Source of the DNA: Candidatus Microgenomates bacterium
GTDB lineage: Bacteria; Patescibacteriota; Microgenomatia; Levybacterales; UBA12049
Length of the DNA: 64,000 bases
NCBI GenBank assembly: GCA_025451755.1
Contig: JANWJT010000017.1
Span: forward strand, 16,147 to 80,146
Direction: 5' to 3'
Under the pieces are notes generated by a model. The model saw nothing but the letters and a program-made list of their open reading frames with translations, had not been told where the DNA came from and searched no databases. This document shows, in pieces, positions 58,021 to 64,000 of the stretch. Each line of letters begins with the position of its first letter. Positions within the stretch are counted from its first letter, which is position 1. Both the position numbers and the translations under genes were made by a program.

Positions 58021-58653
58021 TCACTTATTAATTTTTTCAATTTCGCTATTAAACTTTCTGAGTTGTTTTCGAAGGTTTGGGCGATCACTCCATAAAATAG
58101 AACAGGTAATATCACTTACAGTAGGTGCAAGTTTTCTAAACACTTTTACTATTCTGTTTGGGGATACGTCATCATGTGGATCTGCAGATTTTTTAAGTTG
58201 ATCAGCAAGTCCGGCTATTACTAACAATGCTTCTTGATTGTATTCATCAAATACTCCCTCATCGCATAAAGATCCGAGGGGTTCAGGAATTGCATCTAAT
58301 CTTTGTTTAATCTCCGAGAGATCATCGCTCTTCATAGATAATGCAACATGAATAAGATTTGTAACAAGTTCTCTATCATCTGGTCCTAGCTCAATTGGCT
58401 CATATAGATTTACAGGCTTAGACTTTACTCCAAAAAGCATTGCTGAGCCTATATCGATATTGTATTTATACATGAGGGGATAATCGTTCTCTCTAAGAGC
58501 TTCTGCCATGCCTCTAATAGCATTGGCAAGAACTGCACGGGCTTCTTCCGACCCATAGAGTCGGTTATTTAGTCGTTCTTCAACTATCTCAGGGGGTTCA
58601 TTGGTGTATTGAGCAATGAAGGCGGCAATATCGGGAGCTTCTGGTCTTCGCAT
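58021..58653 (-). CDS. Hypothetical protein
   Basis: 210 aa, acidic, no recognised motif. Confidence 0.3.
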   Translation of the reverse strand: MRRPEAPDIAAFIAQYTNEPPEIVEERLNNRLYGSEEARAVLANAIRGMAEALRENDYPLMYKYNIDIGSAMLFGVKSKPVNLYEPIELGPDDRELVTNLIHVALSMKSDDLSEIKQRLDAIPEPLGSLCDEGVFDEYNQEALLVIAGLADQLKKSADPHDDVSPNRIVKVFRKLAPTVSDITCSILWSDRPNLRKQLRKFNSEIEKINK

Positions 58654-58734
58654 AACAAAAATTATCTGCCCGGATTATATGCCCGTTTTTAATAAAAGTC
58701 AATTATCCTACATTTCTGATATAATTTCTCCACT

Positions 58735-60543
58735 ATGGATAAGAAGAATATTAGAAATTTTGCGATTATTGCACATATCGATCATGGCAAGTCTACTCTT
58801 GCAGATCGGATTATGGAAATATGTGGTGCAATTGGCGAAAAACATCAGGCGCAAATATTAGACAGCTTGGAACTTGAGCGGGAACATGGGATAACCATAA
58901 AACTTAAAGCAATTCGCCTAAGCTATCAATTTTCAAATATCAATTATCAACTCAATTTATTAGATACCCCGGGGCATGTTGATTTTTCTTATGAAGTTTC
59001 AAGATCTCTTGCATCTGTTGAAGGAGCACTGTTAATTGTTGATGCATCACAAGGAATTCAAGCTCAGACCCTTTCTAATTTTAACTTGGCAATGAATGCT
59101 AACCTTACACTTATCCCGGTTATTAATAAAATAGATATGCCCGCTGCAAATATTGCAAAAACAACTACAGAGCTTATGGATTTGGGATTTAAGGAGGACG
59201 AAATCATAAAAGTATCAGCAAAGACTGGAGAAAACGTTGAAATGCTTCTTGCGGAAATTATAGAAAAAATTCCAGCACCAAAAGCTGCTTCCCATTCGAC
59301 CAGCTCAGGGCAAGCCGATAAACTTTCTGCTCTAATTTTTGACTCAAGTCTCGATCCATACAAAGGAGTAATTGTAACATGTAGACTTTTTGGGGGTTTA
59401 ATAAAAGTCGGGGACGAAATTTCTTTTTTAGCAACTAAATCGAAAGGAGAAGTTCTTCAGGTAGGCTACTTAACTCCCAAGCCAAATTACATAGAAGAGT
59501 TAAAATCAGGTGAAGTTGGTTTTATTGCTACCAACATAAAAGATTTATCTCTTGTTAAAGTTGGTGATACCATAACTCATCCAAGAGAACCTTCAGAGCC
59601 ACTGCCTGGATACCAAGAGGCAAGACCAGTTGTTTTTTTATCTTTTTTTCCGACAGAATCATCGGAGTTTCAAAAAATGAAAGAAGCTTTTGAAAAACTT
59701 AAATTAAACGACGCGGCTCTAATATATTCACCTGAATCTTCAATTTCCTTAGGACAGGGTCTTCGTGTTGGATTTTTAGGACTTTTGCATGCTCAGATTA
59801 CTCAGGAAAGACTTGAGCGCGAATATGGACTTGATATTATTGTTACGTCTCCTTCTGTCAATTTTATTATTGACGGCAATGTTATTAATAAACCCTCCGA
59901 ATTTAATCCAAGTTCTCAATCTCAGGTTGAAGAGCCATATGCCAGAATTACAGTTTTTGCTCCTCAAAAATATTACGGGCAGATAAACGAACTGATTTAC
60001 AAAAAAAGGGGAACAATTGAAACTTCTCAAAATATAGGAACTTCACAAAAAATTGAAGCAGTTATTCCTCTTCTCGAAATATTAATTGGTTTTTATGATG
60101 ATTTAAAATCCCAAACTTCGGGGTTTGCATCTTTTGATTTTGAAGTAATCGACTACAGACCTGCTAAATTGGTAAAGCTAGATATTTTGGTTAATTACGA
60201 ACCGGTCGAAGGCCTTGCCCAGGTAATTCCAGTTGAAAAAGCAGAGGAATTCGGCAGGAAACTAGTAGCAAAATTAAAAGAAGAAATTCCCCGTCAAAAT
60301 ATTCCAATTCCTGTACAGGCTGTTATTAATTTTTCAAGAATAAAAGGAGGAGTTGGGGGAAAAATTTTAGCACGCGAAACAATCGCCGCATACAGAAAAG
60401 ATGTAACAGCAAAGCTTTACGGCGGAGATGTTACCCGAAAAACTAAGCTTTTAGATAAACAGAAAAAAGGAAAGAAACGAATGAAGAAATTTGGCCAGAT
60501 AGAAATACCGCAAGAAGCTTTTCTTGCAGTATTAAAGATTTAA
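58735..60543 (+). CDS. lepA: Elongation factor 4
   Basis: IRNFAIIAHIDHGKSTLADRI and the LepA-specific C-terminal domain. 602 aa. Confidence 0.92.
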   Translation: MDKKNIRNFAIIAHIDHGKSTLADRIMEICGAIGEKHQAQILDSLELEREHGITIKLKAIRLSYQFSNINYQLNLLDTPGHVDFSYEVSRSLASVEGALLIVDASQGIQAQTLSNFNLAMNANLTLIPVINKIDMPAANIAKTTTELMDLGFKEDEIIKVSAKTGENVEMLLAEIIEKIPAPKAASHSTSSGQADKLSALIFDSSLDPYKGVIVTCRLFGGLIKVGDEISFLATKSKGEVLQVGYLTPKPNYIEELKSGEVGFIATNIKDLSLVKVGDTITHPREPSEPLPGYQEARPVVFLSFFPTESSEFQKMKEAFEKLKLNDAALIYSPESSISLGQGLRVGFLGLLHAQITQERLEREYGLDIIVTSPSVNFIIDGNVINKPSEFNPSSQSQVEEPYARITVFAPQKYYGQINELIYKKRGTIETSQNIGTSQKIEAVIPLLEILIGFYDDLKSQTSGFASFDFEVIDYRPAKLVKLDILVNYEPVEGLAQVIPVEKAEEFGRKLVAKLKEEIPRQNIPIPVQAVINFSRIKGGVGGKILARETIAAYRKDVTAKLYGGDVTRKTKLLDKQKKGKKRMKKFGQIEIPQEAFLAVLKI

Positions 60544-60546
60544 CTG

Positions 60547-61737
60547 TTAAATAATAAAGAGAAATACGCCCCCGATAATTGAAAGTATTATTCCAAGAGC
60601 ACCTATTCCAATTATTATTTCTCCAGGACCGGAAGGAGGTATAGTTGGAGTTGCAACAGCTGGAGGAGTTGTTGGTGCTGGAGCTGAGGTTGGAATTGGA
60701 GTTATCTGAGCAATAATTGTAGGTTCAGGTGTTGAAGTAGGTACGGGAGTTGGTGTTAGCTCTACTCCTTCTACAGCACAGAGCAGGGAATGAGTCCCCG
60801 CAGGTCCCGTTCCGCAACTATTTACAGCAGATATGTCACATTGGTAAGTTTTATTTTGTACTACCGAAAACACAACTTTAGTAGTTGATGAAGTTGCCGT
60901 ATCATTTCTTACTACTTCACCTGATTCGGTTTGGCTAATTTTTACAGCGTAACTTGTTGCTCCTGTAAGTGCGTCCCAACTGCAACTTGCTTGTTCAAAT
61001 GAACACTGTGATCCTTCGCAGCTTGGATACTCAACTTTTACATTAGAGACAACCGATGGAACTTGACACGAAGGAGTTGGCGTAACCACTACTCCCGATG
61101 TTGGAGTCGGAGTTGTAGCTGATGTTGGGATTGGGGTTAAAGTTGGGCTTATTGTTGCTGTTTCTGAAATTGTTACGCTTGCCGGAATTGTTGATGATAA
61201 AACATTGGTATTAAATTGATCTCCTTGCCCTGTTAAAACTTGTGTTTCGCTATCAAATGTAATTGGCGTAGTCGTGCCTTGCGTAGAAGCAATTGCTTTT
61301 AAAGTAAGAGTACCTACTTTAGTATTGTTGTTTTGTATAAATGCAGTTGGGTTTGCCCCAACAGCCAAATCTACTGTTATTTTTCCTGTTGGATCAAATG
61401 TTGGAACAGGGGGCTTGGTGCTATCAAAGCCCGGGAAAGCATTGGTATTAATAGTAAGTCCGTCTCCTGATTTTTCTAATTTAGTCGGGTCATAAGCAAT
61501 AATTAAATGAACAAAACTCACAAAATTACTGTTTGGATTAATAATTATGTCAAATGTTACATCTTGTCCAATCTCGACTGTTTTAGATGTGGGCTGAAAA
61601 GCAAGAGTTGTTGATGGAGCTGCTCTTCCTCTAAGGTCTTGTTGTTGTCCAACGAGGTAAACTGTAATAGGAATTGCTATTAGAAGAATTGCTACAAGAC
61701 CAAAAAGAATTAATTTTTTTGGAGTCAATATTGACAT
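60547..61737 (-). CDS. Surface protein with a signal anchor, a cohesin-like beta-sandwich domain, PT-rich linkers, a 10-Cys domain, and a C-terminal TM anchor
   Basis: VEIGQDVTFDIIINPNSNFVSFVHLIIAYDPTKL is cohesin-like. Cys cluster SCQVPS...SCEGSQCSFEQASCSW...YQCDISAVNSCGTG. C-terminus GEIIIGIGALGIILSIIGGVFLFII. Confidence 0.45.
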   Translation of the reverse strand: MSILTPKKLILFGLVAILLIAIPITVYLVGQQQDLRGRAAPSTTLAFQPTSKTVEIGQDVTFDIIINPNSNFVSFVHLIIAYDPTKLEKSGDGLTINTNAFPGFDSTKPPVPTFDPTGKITVDLAVGANPTAFIQNNNTKVGTLTLKAIASTQGTTTPITFDSETQVLTGQGDQFNTNVLSSTIPASVTISETATISPTLTPIPTSATTPTPTSGVVVTPTPSCQVPSVVSNVKVEYPSCEGSQCSFEQASCSWDALTGATSYAVKISQTESGEVVRNDTATSSTTKVVFSVVQNKTYQCDISAVNSCGTGPAGTHSLLCAVEGVELTPTPVPTSTPEPTIIAQITPIPTSAPAPTTPPAVATPTIPPSGPGEIIIGIGALGIILSIIGGVFLFII

Positions 61738-61896
61738 ACGAATCTTAATTTATCGTATAGGAGAAAAAACACTATGTCAACCCCGATTCAATTGGGACTG
61801 GACATTTAAAACTATAGGTTATTGACAGTAAAAATGTTTTGTTGTATAAATTAGCAATCATTTATTTAGAGTGATATTTTTTAGGTTTAAAATATT

Positions 61897-63853
<1,957 letters not shown>

Positions 63854-64000
63854 TAGAATTTAGAATTCATAATCTATAATTCAGAATTTCTTCAAAAAGA
63901 TTTAAAAGTAAGTATATTCTTCTGGTATAATAAATTCTGTTAATGAAAAAAATACTTTTTTACACTATTCCCTTTTTAGGAATATTGATTATTTTTGCGG

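Overview
The window is AT-rich (roughly one-third GC by eye) and gene-dense, with standard genetic code (TGA is used as a stop, e.g. at 34291-34293). Gene content and style suggest a small-genome, CPR/Patescibacteria-like bacterium. The evidence for that is many short hypothetical membrane proteins, PT-rich surface proteins, a pilN/pilO cluster, FemAB and LCP genes, and frequent leaderless promoters. This is inference; no search was possible. Core genes present are comM, guaB-guaA, dnaG-rpoD, a DEAD-box helicase, typA, lepA, pcrA/uvrD, tpiA, rpsT, murJ, purM-purN and groES-groEL. The most notable content is a concentration of aerobic-respiration and oxygen-defence genes. These are a complete cyoABCDE quinol-oxidase operon, a type-II NADH dehydrogenase, Ni-superoxide dismutase sodN with its protease sodX, msrA, a cupredoxin, an exported thioredoxin, a DipZ-like CcdA-thioredoxin fusion and a VIT1 iron transporter. 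A tRNA-Asn(GTT) at 9755-9825 is preceded by a degenerate copy of its own 5' half, and a GIY-YIG gene sits between the two. This may mark an old insertion event, and the genes just downstream are GC-elevated and of unknown function. Other observations include a pilN-pilO operon ending in a PT-rich surface protein with a C-terminal membrane anchor, a bacterial SET-domain protein, a recurring extended -10 promoter placed 6-7 nt before start codons, a duplicated 20-nt promoter module, a possibly frameshifted tiny basic ORF, and short exact DNA repeats inside coding regions. No CRISPR array, rRNA, or clear transposase/integrase gene was seen.
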